Part shown: piece by piece, positions 1 to 12,428 of the stretch | Numbering within the stretch: position 1 is the first letter of the stretch | Layout of the letters: each line of letters opens with the position of its first letter | NCBI GenBank assembly: GCA_965644265.1 | Contig: OZ286460.1 | Coordinates: 52,948,001 to 53,012,000, forward strand | DNA: 64,000 bases | Direction of reading: 5' to 3' | DNA from: Glycera tridactyla | Lineage: Eukaryota | Notes under the pieces: model-generated | Databases searched by the model: none | The model's input: only the letters and a program-made list of their open reading frames with translations | Told to the model about the DNA's origin: nothing | Made by a program: the position numbers and the translations under genes

Positions 1-3000
1 ACCTCCTGTGGTATACAAGGGAGGTCACTAGACTCTACTACACACTAATGCTATTTATCAAGTCAAAATCCAGACTAATAGCTGATAGTAGCACCAACAG
101 ATGAGAAGCTAAAATGATCAACAATTTCAATTGATCGGTGTGTATACATATAAATGCCGACTGCCGGCAGGTATTTGCTGCACAAAGAGACCGCCTCCAT
201 CAATGCTTTGTGACACATGTGATGACAACAAACTGTTCATAAATCCAGTGGAAATCAGTCCTCACAAGCCAGCAATATTACAAGCATAGCCCCACCCCCA
301 CCCCCACCCCCATCTCACCAATGCTATGCTTCAATCAAATGATGGAAGTGATCTTGACATAACTGAATCACTCACTGACTATAGTATTTATAAGGAAATA
401 CAACTTCTCAAAACTTTTCACAAAAAAAGGTGATCTGAAAATCATGAAGAAGTTATGCTATGTCTAGAGATACTGACATTCTGTTCTGATTCTTCTCGAT
501 TTTGAGTAAAGAAATTGAAGTTTCATGGATAATTTTCATGTCAACATTGATTCAAAGGTATCAGCCAGCCTCAATGATCAGACAAGAATGATTTCATTGG
601 CTATGGGTAAGGATGGCATTACACTGCTGTCTTTTAAAAGGTATACAAAGAGATAAGGGGAAAGAGGATCATGGGATATCAGATGGATGAAGTATTCTAT
701 AACCATGACATTGGTGAGAAAGGCAGGCTGCCAGACCTGAAACTCAGGGAGGGATACATGCAGTACAAGCATGATCTGATGACACTTTCTATCATTCTGA
801 AGAAGTAAACCCTCATGAAATGGCCATGAGGTACATGAATGGTGACCCTCTCTCTTTCAACAAGACCAGATGAAAGACCCAGGGGGAAAAGACAGACAAC
901 AATAGCCCATGAAATGACAACAGCATATGCGTTTAAAAGGTGCAACATCTAACAGCCTTCGGTGCAAAATGGTTAACATTACAGTGCAGCATGGTGTCTC
1001 TCATCTAAGGTGCAGAAACTTGGAGGGGGCGGGACCGAGGTTGAACTCTTTTGCATCATATTCGAAGCAGAAGATTAACCACGCCCATGTCAAAAAATTG
1101 GAGATCTAGACTAAATACACTGCAAAATTACACCATCATCTTCCACTGAAAAAACGAGACACAACACCAGCTTTTACGAGCATGAAGGCGAACATGGAAT
1201 CTAAGAAACTAAGGCAGATGAAGAGGATGAGGATGAGGATGAGGAGGAGGAGGGCACCTACTTTGATGTGGACCTGCATCTCCATATTGACATGCTGCAC
1301 CATCTGTAGAAGAGCACAGGAAAAACTATCCGTCAGTGTCAAAATCAAGGCAACAACACGTCAAGAGCGTGCAATATCCGGGCAATACCACAAGCTGCAT
1401 TATGCTCACGTATCTCACAAGGCAAACTGCCAAATGTAGTACTGAGCTGGCAGTCGAGTAAAACTTATCATACTCAAAGGTGAATGTATCAAACAGTCCC
1501 ACAAATCATTCAACTTATATTGATGGATCCATCAATATCATATCATGTTCAAAATGCACTGAGATGAACACTGAAAGCTTTCAATTCCCCACTGCATTAT
1601 AGGGAGGGAATATCACCAGCATGGTTCTCTCATTCATACAGTAGACAGGCAGAATCAACATTGAATATGGACAACATGCCAAATTTGTTCAAATTTTCCC
1701 CAATAATAACATAGCTGAATAACTTGAGGGATGGATCTGAACCTGTTACAGACAATGATATGCCATTTTTTATGCTACAATATATACCAGCAAGCAATGA
1801 AAATGCTTTGATATGATCATATCTGAAGTTGCTGGAAGTATATCTCACTTTGCTCTGAAAACTCACAGATTTCCTTGCTTTTACACTGAACAGAATGGAT
1901 TGTCTTTGTTTCATTCTCGAAAAAGTGAGAGTGGAAACTGTAGCTCAGGATGGCGCCAACATCCAAATATATGTGCTAAATCAAGGCTACGACTCAACAC
2001 CGCATCTTTACCATTCTGCATAAAAAACTTCTCTAACGTTTCCATTTATATTCCCATTACTATATACACTTCTTGGTCTTGAACATTATGTTCTGCAGCC
2101 GAGGTGGAAAGCTCACAACAAAAATGTTGAATAACAATAACTGGCAGCAAGAGCAGATTTTGATATGGATCCTAGCCCTTTGATCTATTCTAAACAACCA
2201 TACATTTATCCTAAATGGACACCACATGACAGAAGTTCACAACTGTTTCCCCCAACATGGAATAGGGGCATGAAGTATATGACATTTGGGCAGAGAGGGA
2301 CCAAACACATGGAGTACAGCCACCTGACAGAGACCTATACTGTTTGACGGAGAATTACTCAGGTGGTGGGACTAATCCTTCTGTTTTGCATGACAAATCA
2401 ACCATCATGACAATCGACTTGTGGGATAAAAAATATATAATAGGGTACAAAAGCAAACATCCATTTTTTTTTTCTATCATCACTTGAAGCCAGTGTGAAT
2501 GCTTAAAACCTATATGGCATTACCCAAGAGTTCAGTCAATAACTGTGTATTTCCTATGATAAACTCAAGATAAAGCCCATTCATGATTGTAGACTACCAA
2601 CGATTTGAACCACAACATTCTTTTTCATTGTATTCACTTGTTTTGGTCAGCCACCTACCAACAATGTCCTATTTGGAAGATCAAAGGTGACTTTTGTGAA
2701 AAGGGGTGAATGTAGAAAAGAAATTAGTCGATTTCGCACCATTTTGTTCATTATTCAGTTAAAGAGAAATGATTGTTGAGACATATGTAAGAAAAATAGG
2801 CAGTGGAAAAACATATTCAATGATTGGGCAAGTGGGTATTCAACAGATGAGAGTCCGCAAAAAGTTGGCATCACTCAACACAACGATAAGCAAAAAAAGC
2901 AGTGACAGGCCCTTCCAAAAACTCGCCTATTGCCGGCCAGTGTCTACTTGTGTTGTAATCCTGAATGTGTGCCGTATGCATGTATGGTGTCGGGACAATG

Positions 3001-6000
3001 GCGTGTTTTGCCTGGAATTAATCGCAGCTATTGTGGTAGTCATCATGGTGTGCTCACTCAACTAGACGATTCTCCTCCTCAGCCATAACACTGTTTACCA
3101 ATCCCATTACCCAACCATTGTTGTTGACTAAAACTAGTCTCCTGAAATCATCAGCCTAGCCCCCTTGATCCTCTTAGGACGTCTCAGCGGTTTAATACTA
3201 AACATGTTGGTACACACTGCCAAGGGCGTGCTATCCCCGAGGTACATCCAGAGCTAACAGTAAAATTAGGGGGCAAGTCTAATTAAGAACTTGTGTCAAT
3301 ACCACTCGGCCACTTGCCTCCTCCCCAAAATAACACTCTGTAGTGGACTCAAGTGATTCCCCAGGTCATCCTGACTAATGCAAGCCATTAGACCATTTTC
3401 TATCGCACTATCTCTTAAGTTCTTAACTATAAATCAATATATCCCTTGTGTCAGCCTATGAAACATGCAGCAACCAGCAAGAAGCAATATGGAGAAAGGT
3501 CTCCATTGAATCTGTTGGCATGCCTTAGTAATATAAGTTGTATTAATTTATTTTATGCACGGCTATCCACCTGTGATAGTATCACTCATTAGTTTTTTGA
3601 TATGATTCATTTTTTGATATGATAACATTCATCACCACTCCCACAACTGATACTAAAGCTCTGGATGAATGATATTATCAGTACATTGCCTACACTGCAG
3701 TCTTTGTCACATATCTAATGCCTCCAGTGCAGTCTATATATTATTCGGAGAAAACATTCTGAACCTTTGTGGAATTCCCAACTATGCTATACATGTATCC
3801 CAACGCTATACATGTATACATCTCCGAACTGGAACCAACTCTCATTCAGTATCAAGAGTACATGCCTCCCTGGTGAATATCTTGCAGGATATGGCAGATA
3901 GGGCCTCAACAATCAAAAGATACTGGCCAGGGGGGAATGAGAAATTACAGTCCCAAAGGTCAAAATGATTCTCAAAAATCTACCTGGAGTCAGGCAGTGA
4001 CTTGTAAATGATATGGATTTTACCAAATGATGAGCTACTGGATGTTGTTGCCAATGAAACATGGCACCTTTCAAAACCTGACACCAGCACACTGCTTGAC
4101 CATATACTGAACAGATTTGATGTAAGAATCACAATCATATAGAATAACTGATGAAGGATATCCCCAAAGGCTGTAACATCGATATCTCGAGTGACCTGAG
4201 TCAGGAACAGGGGGGAACTCTTCTGGAGAGAGTGGCAGGAGGGGTTGACGTCCAGTACAAACACTGCAGCTTAAAGATTATAAAGGGCTAAACCAATGCA
4301 CTGCATACACAAGATTAACAAGAGACAAGGCATAGAAATATTCATTTCAAATTCATCTACATCCACATCCCAAAATCGTGCTTCAATGAAAAACCAGACA
4401 AAAAGTGAGTGTCAGGCAAAAATCAATAGAATTTAGCATCATGAAAAAAGTGCAAAACAAATCATCGTCACAAACCGAGACATCCCAGCACCATTCAATT
4501 TATTGATGAAATTTGAAATATCATTATGATAGATAAAATGATTCCCAAGTTAATTTTTTTCATTGTGAAATGAATATTTCTAAACACCTATCAGAATTAC
4601 CTATGGAAAAGGCACTTCTAGTAAGCATTTAGCATCTCATAGCAAACCCATGGTAGAGTCCTATGTTAGCAAGAAGGAACTCTGTTGGTGACTTTACTGC
4701 ACCATTGAATCATATTTTTCTAAGGGCAGACTTTCACATAATAAAGGCAAAAGTAAAATGTTGATAATCACAAAGTGAAATTGAAGCTCAAAAACCAATT
4801 ATCTTCAAATTTGGAGGTCACAATCACATCAACATGGAAGGATAGGAATTTCATTTAGTGAAGTCAACAAGAAGATAGAGAATCTATTTAGTGCAGTCAC
4901 CAAGAAAGTTCCTTGAGTTATGGTGCATCTGCTTCTTGAATCCAACTTCAGCATAGCCAGGGTGTGAATGGGACGATCAACTTGCAGGATTATTCATGCA
5001 TGTGGTAGGCATGCAAATCAAACTTGTCACAGGCACCAACACTGCTGTGCTCGCCAATGAAAACAATGATTCGACCATCCACTGGCATATCAATATATCA
5101 TATATGCACACCACATTATGAATGCAGAGCAAGTTTGTCGACATACACACCACCCTGACCATGTGCATTGTCTTCATGAATCAGCTGCAGCAAAAATTGG
5201 CATGATTTCCTTGTGGCGTTCACTGTTTGCTGAATACCGTCTTGTCCCTAATTACGCTGTATACATTGGATGCACAGAAGAAACACCCCTGCTTTAAGAA
5301 AAGAAATGATTTTATTATCACATGAAATATCCAATTTGATCTCTGCAGAAGTTAGTTCTAAAAGGCTAATAGAAAAAGAAAAAAACAAACAATTACAAAA
5401 CCCATTCAATCAAAAACTCCAATAAAGCTTCAATATGAATTGATATCGCAGCAACAATGAGAGATTGCCATGGGAAGTCACCCGGAGTGGTATTCATGAA
5501 GGAGAAAATAATATGATTAATGTACAAGAGGATGTTGTTCAACAGCCATCAGAACAGGTAATTCAAAGTGCTTTTTTGAGTTCATACCACCCCTGCATAT
5601 GTTCATAGGCATCTCCCCACAAGATTTGGGCAACCTATGAACATGGTCAGGATCAGATGCACCAAGTTTTGTATGCACTGTTGGCCACACAAGCCACGGT
5701 TGCTGGTACGAGCCGTGGCTTGAGGGAAAACCTGTGCAAGATACAAAACGTGGCTCATGACAATGAAAATGGAATGATGTTTAGACTGCTGGCCCAGACA
5801 TGTTGCTCACCTGTGCTGCTGGTTCCTGGACTCTCAGACAAAATCTGCATTGGCTTTCTATGCAAACCAAAGCATAGTTTGCCAAAGATTTGCCAAGAAC
5901 CATAGCACTTCGACCTTTCATGCTGATACTCAAAGTAATGCTTTTCATGCCTCCGCTATTATTTTCATATTTCAGCTATCAAAATGTTAATAACTCACTA

Positions 6001-8489
6001 CAAAATGCATTTATCTTTCACTGCATTTGCATCTGTCAGTAAACCTCACATTCAAATTTTAAAAATTTGTTTCAAATCCTTAAAAAAAACTAGCTGTCAG
6101 TAAGTGATCTGTCTTTATGGTTTGCCAATTGGAAACACACAACCATCCCAAGCCATTCTCAGAAATGGAGTGCTACCCATGACAGGTCAACATGAATCAT
6201 TGCCTGTTCATGAAGTGCATGATGCCCTGAATATCTGACACTCATACAGGATGTGTGTATGTTCATGGGTGGCAGTCTCTGACCATTCACCATAGAAAGC
6301 TAGCTTTATAATAATGATAAGGCACCAAATACATGCTTTGGCTGGCAGGCTGAGATGGAACTGAGAATCCACCATACTCAAGCCTGTTATATCGAACACA
6401 CACCTTGGAGGGGCATACTTAAATGACACCAAGTGATTTATGCTCACACGAAGACCCTTCACTCCATTGTGATCGTACAACGGGACCACAGCTTTGTAGT
6501 TCTGGCAACTGCAAAGCCATGATCCATGAGTACAATCCATGATGAGCGAACTGATCTTCTGGACATGCCAAAAACCAGTGGATTGCTTGTCTGAATGGCA
6601 ACTGGGATAGGCTGTATGTTTCCTGTGGAAAGAAGCTTTTATTGAAAACAGCATGGCTCAAAAGTCATGAAAATATCATTTTTCCACAATCGGTGGCTGC
6701 TGTTTTGGCATTACCACCGTTAGATTATTTACCACTATATACCAGCCAGAAGAGCAAAGCTTTCCTCTGGACTTAATAACATATACACCTCTGAATGGAA
6801 TACAGTGGTAAGGGGTGATACACCACAAAATGGCAGTTAAAAATTGCACTTTTATTTCCCAATTTATCTCAATGTTTTCGTTTCCACCTTACTGAACAGC
6901 AGTTGACCTAACCATTAGGGACAATACGGTAGCTCCTGTGGAACACTTCCTAAATGATGATGGCAAAAAGACAGCAGCTGGCAGCTAAGATGAATATGTA
7001 GATATATATAACGCAGTACGCAGTCCAATCATATAAACAAGAAGAACAATATCTCACAAATAGAGAAGCATAATTTTGAGCTCAGCATGATTACCAACGG
7101 CCAAAATGGATAGCAAATAGTGACCAGCAGTTGAATTACCTTAGTGAAGGCGACTGTACTGAGGCTGAAGAAAGAGAACGAAAGAGAAAGCACGTTATTT
7201 CTCCATTGCCCAGTTGCCATGCCAACATCATGACATATTTACATATGATTAAATCATTTACTATGGACATGCATACGGGAATCACACGAAAATATTGTCT
7301 TCTCTTGTTTACCATGATGGTGACAAACTATAGAGGAAGAAACAGTTAGACAATATTTAAGGAATTCCGATACTCCTTTGTAGCATCCAGTAATGTGCAC
7401 ATTTCCACAAGATCGGAGGTAGTGCATATATCGCCAATTGCTACATTTCCAGACAGTTGGTTTCTTGCCATTTATGCTGATAACACTGGCGATGAATACA
7501 CATTTCTGGGGAAAGAATACTTCAGGTGCATTGCCTTTTGAGACGAATGTGTCAAAGGGAGGGTAAACATTTTCTGTTATCTCGTGTCCACCGTTTACTG
7601 GATGCTTCAAAGCGTGGAGAGATTTGCAGCTTTCTGCCATCAGAAAGTCAAATGATGATGAGGGAGGGGAGAACCTGTATGCGGAGTAGTCATCTACTAA
7701 AGCTCATACCCACTCAGAATGGTTCCTCAAGCAAGATTTTTCACTGAGAACTTGTTCTTGATCCTGTTGCTTCTACCTTCATAATGAGACCGAGGGCTAT
7801 GAATATGACCGATGTCTTGGTTAAAGCATATACATAGCATAGACGGGAGGAGTGCAGCCGCATCCATAGCAAAATGTTTCAATATACATACATATGCAGA
7901 ACCTGGAATCCAACTCTTTGCATGGCTATCTTCAATGGCTTTGAAACGTCGTGCAAAGCATGCACTGGCGGTCAACACTCCACCTGCCTCACACCTCACC
8001 ATTGGCGACAGATGCAGCAAAACGTTTTTCATCGCAGTATTTCAGAGAAATAGTTGGCATGCTGAATTCAAAATTTCTCAAATGAACAGAAATAGGTTTT
8101 GGAAGCAGGAAGACAATCTTTACATCACCTTCTCTGCGACCTGTTCAATTCAAACTAATACTAATGGCCTAATTCAATGATGAACGAATTCACTCAATAC
8201 ACAAATTTACTCTGAGATTTCGCAATCATTTTTTTCAGTCACTTCAGCAATCTGATCCTGGAGTGAAAGAAGAAAGAAATTGCTTTTTGAATTCCCCTGT
8301 ACTGACAATGTATAATGTGATAAATTATCCGAAATGATATCAAGGAAAGAGTTCCACTCCACGCATCGATTTCTTTTCAGAATGGTGTAGTTGCTTGAAA
8401 ATTAACTGCTGTTGGTTGCTATGATCTTTGCAGGAAACCATAGCAATCAAGGGCATCTATATCTGCCGATATTCAGCCAATTCCTGAAA

Positions 8490-8745
8490 TAGATCTCTAA
8501 CATCCCCCAAATAGAATACTGATCCAACGGCATAGTGTTCGGCTGCAGCATGCTTCCAAGTACCTCTGAATATGTCATGATGTTGAACAATCCCACTGAA
8601 TACATCACAGCATTGAACAATAACAAATGAGGGGTTAAACAGATATCATTTATTGATGCTGCTTGAAGGACTTCTGCCAATGCTGCCATGCTTATGTGTA
8701 ACAACTTGGCTCCATGGCCATTGACAAACAATGGGTAAGAATGCA
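8490..8745 (-). pseudogene. Possible decayed pogo/Tigger (DDE_1-type) transposase fragment
   Basis: PLFVNGH...H ISMAALAE...I.DICLTPH...LQP..PLD..IWG resembles the DDE_1 pattern LxxDGH..H...I...LPPH...LQPLD..F, but needs an atypical insertion of about 28 aa. Confidence 0.3.
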
Positions 8746-10111
8746 ATAGATTGCTGCCAATCACTACAATATAATTGTATTTTTTTCTCCCTACATTCTG
8801 TATGCAACAAAAGATCGACGGGACATGGGTATAAAGCTGATGATTTCTGAGGAAGATTAGANNNNNNNNNNNNNNNNNNNNNNNNNNNNNNNNNNNNNNN
8901 NNNNNNNNNNNNNNNNNNNNNNNNNNNNNNNNNNNNNNNNNNNNNNNNNNNNNNNNNNNNNNNNNNNNNNNNNNNNNNNNNNNNNNNNNNNNNNNNNNNN
9001 NNNNNNNNNNNNNNNNNNNNNNNNNNNNGTGTGTGGTATATGTATGATGCATGACTCCTTCAAATATGGATCTCTTATATCAATATCATCAAATGCAACA
9101 CTACATTCATGACTAGAATATAAACCTGAATCTCGAAACTCACATACTATTTTTCGAATGGCAGTTCATGGAATAGAGATCAGTTGGGTAATGAGTGTGG
9201 TGATGGAAGAACACTGCTGACAAATACCTATGCTGTCATCATCAGGACATGGCGTAAGCGTGAAGTGGTTAACACAGGAAAAAACTGAGCAAATGCATGT
9301 GACTATTCTATTGACAAAACAGCTCATCCAACAGGTGCAATAAGTTGATTAAATGATCGCAATGATAAAAAATGGATGCAGTTGGGAGATGGTTAATGGG
9401 CATGTGTAGGCTGGGCTTTATAGGCAGGGCTTGAGTTTATAGTCTATAGCACTCTACACAGTGTCCAGCGACCTGAGGATCATGTTGGGGATTGCGACGA
9501 GGTCCGGGTGCCTATTTATTCTCAGCTCTAGATTGCATACGGCAGCAAGCAGAGAATCGCCTCTGTAGCAGAGCCAAACGGGCCGCTCCAATACGCTGCA
9601 ATGCATCAGTGGAAGCGTTTTCAGCTGTGTAATAAGAAATATGGAAATCCTAATGAAAACGGAGTCCCTAATAGGACCATCTGACATGGGCTCACAGAAT
9701 TCATTTGGCCACATGTGCTAACGGTGGCTGTGCCTGCCCAGGCAGCAACAACCACCGAACTTGCAGTATGCGAACTCGCTGTATGCCGATATTGCAGCTG
9801 GTCCCAAGACGCTGCGAGAAGGAACATCAAGTGAGTAGTCAGGATTCCCCGAAGAATTGCATGTCTGGTCACTTAATCTGAGGGCATTATGGGAGCTCTT
9901 CTGGGAGGATCTCTTGGGCTAGCTAGTCAGTCTCTCTCTAATAGTGACACTACAAACAAACTCAAGACTTCGGCTCACATCTGGCACATGCTGACCAATC
10001 AAACGCATCATGTCATACAGAAGAACAATCCCCACGAGAACACCGAATCAGGGAGTTTGACTCTCTCCAGTATTGACCAATGAGCCGGTTCTATGGATAT
10101 AAGTACCAGTA

Positions 10112-10261
10112 CAGTGACCCCTGTCCTGTGAATCCCCCTGACATGAGACCACCCACATTGAAAGACCACTCTACCTGATATAGTCAAATACTCCCTAATG
10201 AGAAACCACAAGTATTGTTAGACCACTCTATTAATGGTAGTTTCCCAATGAAGTTTCACTG
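10112..10261. mobile_element. Diverged MITE of the same CAGT-TIR/GACCAC group
   Basis: TA|CAGTGACCCCTGTC...GAGACCACC...AAAGACCACT...GTTTCACTG. Confidence 0.5.
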
Positions 10262-10831
10262 TCCTCAGCCAAAACGATGATCTTTCCATCTATCTATCCA
10301 TCATCAATCAATAATAGAAGATGCTGAGAATGAGGAGAGCTGGGGGGCCAACCAATCTATGATGCTACTGGAATTTCAAATTTTGCGACAAATTTCACAC
10401 AATTGGGTGATACCCTGCTCGATTTTCCAGTGTGGAAAGAGTGGTGAGCAAACAGAGAGGCGGCGAGTCAACACGTGTTTAGCACCCTAATCCCATAGAG
10501 ACTGCGTGCTGAATGGGCAGTCCCGAGGCAGTGTAATGGCCAAGTACAATGCCACAAATGGGATCAGTGGGCCTTGTTGAACTTACAATTTACTCCTCAA
10601 ACAGTCCGGGAAATGTAGCCAGTGAGGACTATTGACCACAATTTACCTGCCTCACCAATCTAACTGATGTAACAGTCAACCACTACTTAGGTCACAAGAT
10701 GTAATTTACAGATGCTCGTCTAAATAATTCATCACGGTGATTACCATTCCCTGCTCACTTCAATGACCCGAGTCTCCAATGGAAGAGATGGATTCCCTCA
10801 AGAACCACTCCTTGATTTGAAACAATATGTG

Positions 10832-10984
10832 CAGTCAAACCTCCCTACTGAGACCATCCTTAGTCACAACAAGTGGTCTCTGTAGAGAGGTTGTTCACTG
10901 TATAAAATACCACCAAAGTCACCAGTCAGGGTGAACTTCATAGGCGGGTGACCCATGTAGTGGTCTCTTGAGCAGGTATGACTG
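10832..10984. mobile_element. Diverged or composite MITE of the same group
   Basis: CAGTCAAACCT...GAGACCA left end, with two right-end copies (GGTCTC...TTCACTG|TA at 10900 and GGTCTCTTGAGCAGGTATGACTG|TA at 10984). Confidence 0.55.
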
Positions 10985-12254
10985 TAATTCATGGGAGTTT
11001 TTCTGAATAATTTGTCATAGTGATTATAATAACCTGTTCACTTTAAGGATACTTCAGTTCCCATGGGAATCAGTCCCCACCCTTTCCTTTGTGCATGAAC
11101 AACTTTCAAGTCAGAAGCAGGTGGGGAAGTAGCATGCGCTTTCATGTGAGGACACTGGCTGGATGAAACTGATGGCCTGCCTCATGCAAGAGCAATGACA
11201 GAGATCCACAGCCTCTCCAGAAATGTCATCTGACTCATGTTAGCCGGTGCATGGACGTTGTCATTGTCGTTGCCATTGATGTGGGTCAAGAGCCACAACG
11301 AGCTGGCCGGAAGACTTGCAGCTGGCAGGAAGGCAAACGGGGAAGCTAACAATTCGATTAGGCTTCTCTAGCCTGCACAAACCACCAGCCAACACTTACT
11401 TTTAGTGCATCAAATGGATCGGGATGTAGGCACACCATACATGCAAATCTGATATTGGCTACATTAATGCTGGCTTCCCAAGCACAAACTCACCCAGAAC
11501 GCTCAAACACCCTCAACGAGTCCATCCCTCGCTCTGGCAAATTCATCAAATTTTTCTAAGAACTTCATCAAATTCCTGGTTGAGGGCATAGTTTGAATGA
11601 TGAACCTACAACTTATGGATTTATTTGTCATGAGATCTTCGGCGTTTCTGCTCAGTGCAACAGACTGCTCATCCTGGATTTTGATCAATATAAATTATGA
11701 CCTACTTTCNNNNNNNNNNNNNNNNNNNNNNNNNNNNNNNNNNNNNNNNNNNNNNNNNNNNNNNNNNNNNNNNNNNNNNNNNNNNNNNNNNNNNNNNNNN
11801 NNNNNNNNNNNNNNNNNNNNNNNNNNNNNNNNNNNNNNNNNNNNNNNNNNNNNNNNNNNNNNNNNNNNNNNNNNNNNNNNNNNNNNNNNNNNNNNNNNNN
11901 NNNTGTGCACGTGTGAGCATGTGCGTGTGTGCATGTGTGTGTAGTGTCTGCACATGTGTGTGACCTTGTGCATGTGCATGTGTCAGTTCATCCATGCACC
12001 CAGTCAGTACACCCATCCAGTCTGGTGGCACATCTGTACATGGCTCACACAAAAAAGATAATGGATTTCAACACGGTGCCCTGGCATATGATGGATACAT
12101 AAAATCCAGGTCTCAACCACCATAATTCACCACACCTATCATTACTGTCAAATCCAAATATGTCTCCAACAATATCGCTATATCAACATGTCTCTATAAC
12201 TTACTCACTCATCATTTATTTCCTGTGTCATACCAGCAACTCCAATGATATATA

Positions 12255-12428
12255 CAGTCAAACCTGTCTATAAAGACCACCTCTCTATAAAGACCACCTC
12301 TCTATAAAGACCACCTGAGCTGCGACCGTGGTAGCAGTTTCAACAGTAAATGACCTCTCTATAGAGACCAACTGCCCATAAAGACCGCTTTTTGATGCGA
12401 CTGAAGGCGGTCTTTATAGACTGTACTG
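12255..12428. mobile_element. pogo/Tc1-mariner-type MITE
   Basis: TA|CAGTCAAACCTGTCTATAAAGACC ... GGTCTTTATAGAC(tgt)ACTG|TA: a TIR pair with TA duplication and an internal 17-bp unit (ctataaagaccacctct) about three times. Confidence 0.8.

Noticed and set aside
1136-7750. Cys-containing peptide fragments (CTICRR at about 1300, CLDCW..H at about 5790, 7254-7747) as transposon zinc fingers
   Set aside because: The motif spacing is incomplete and interrupted by stops, so no family can be assigned without HMM or tblastx searches.
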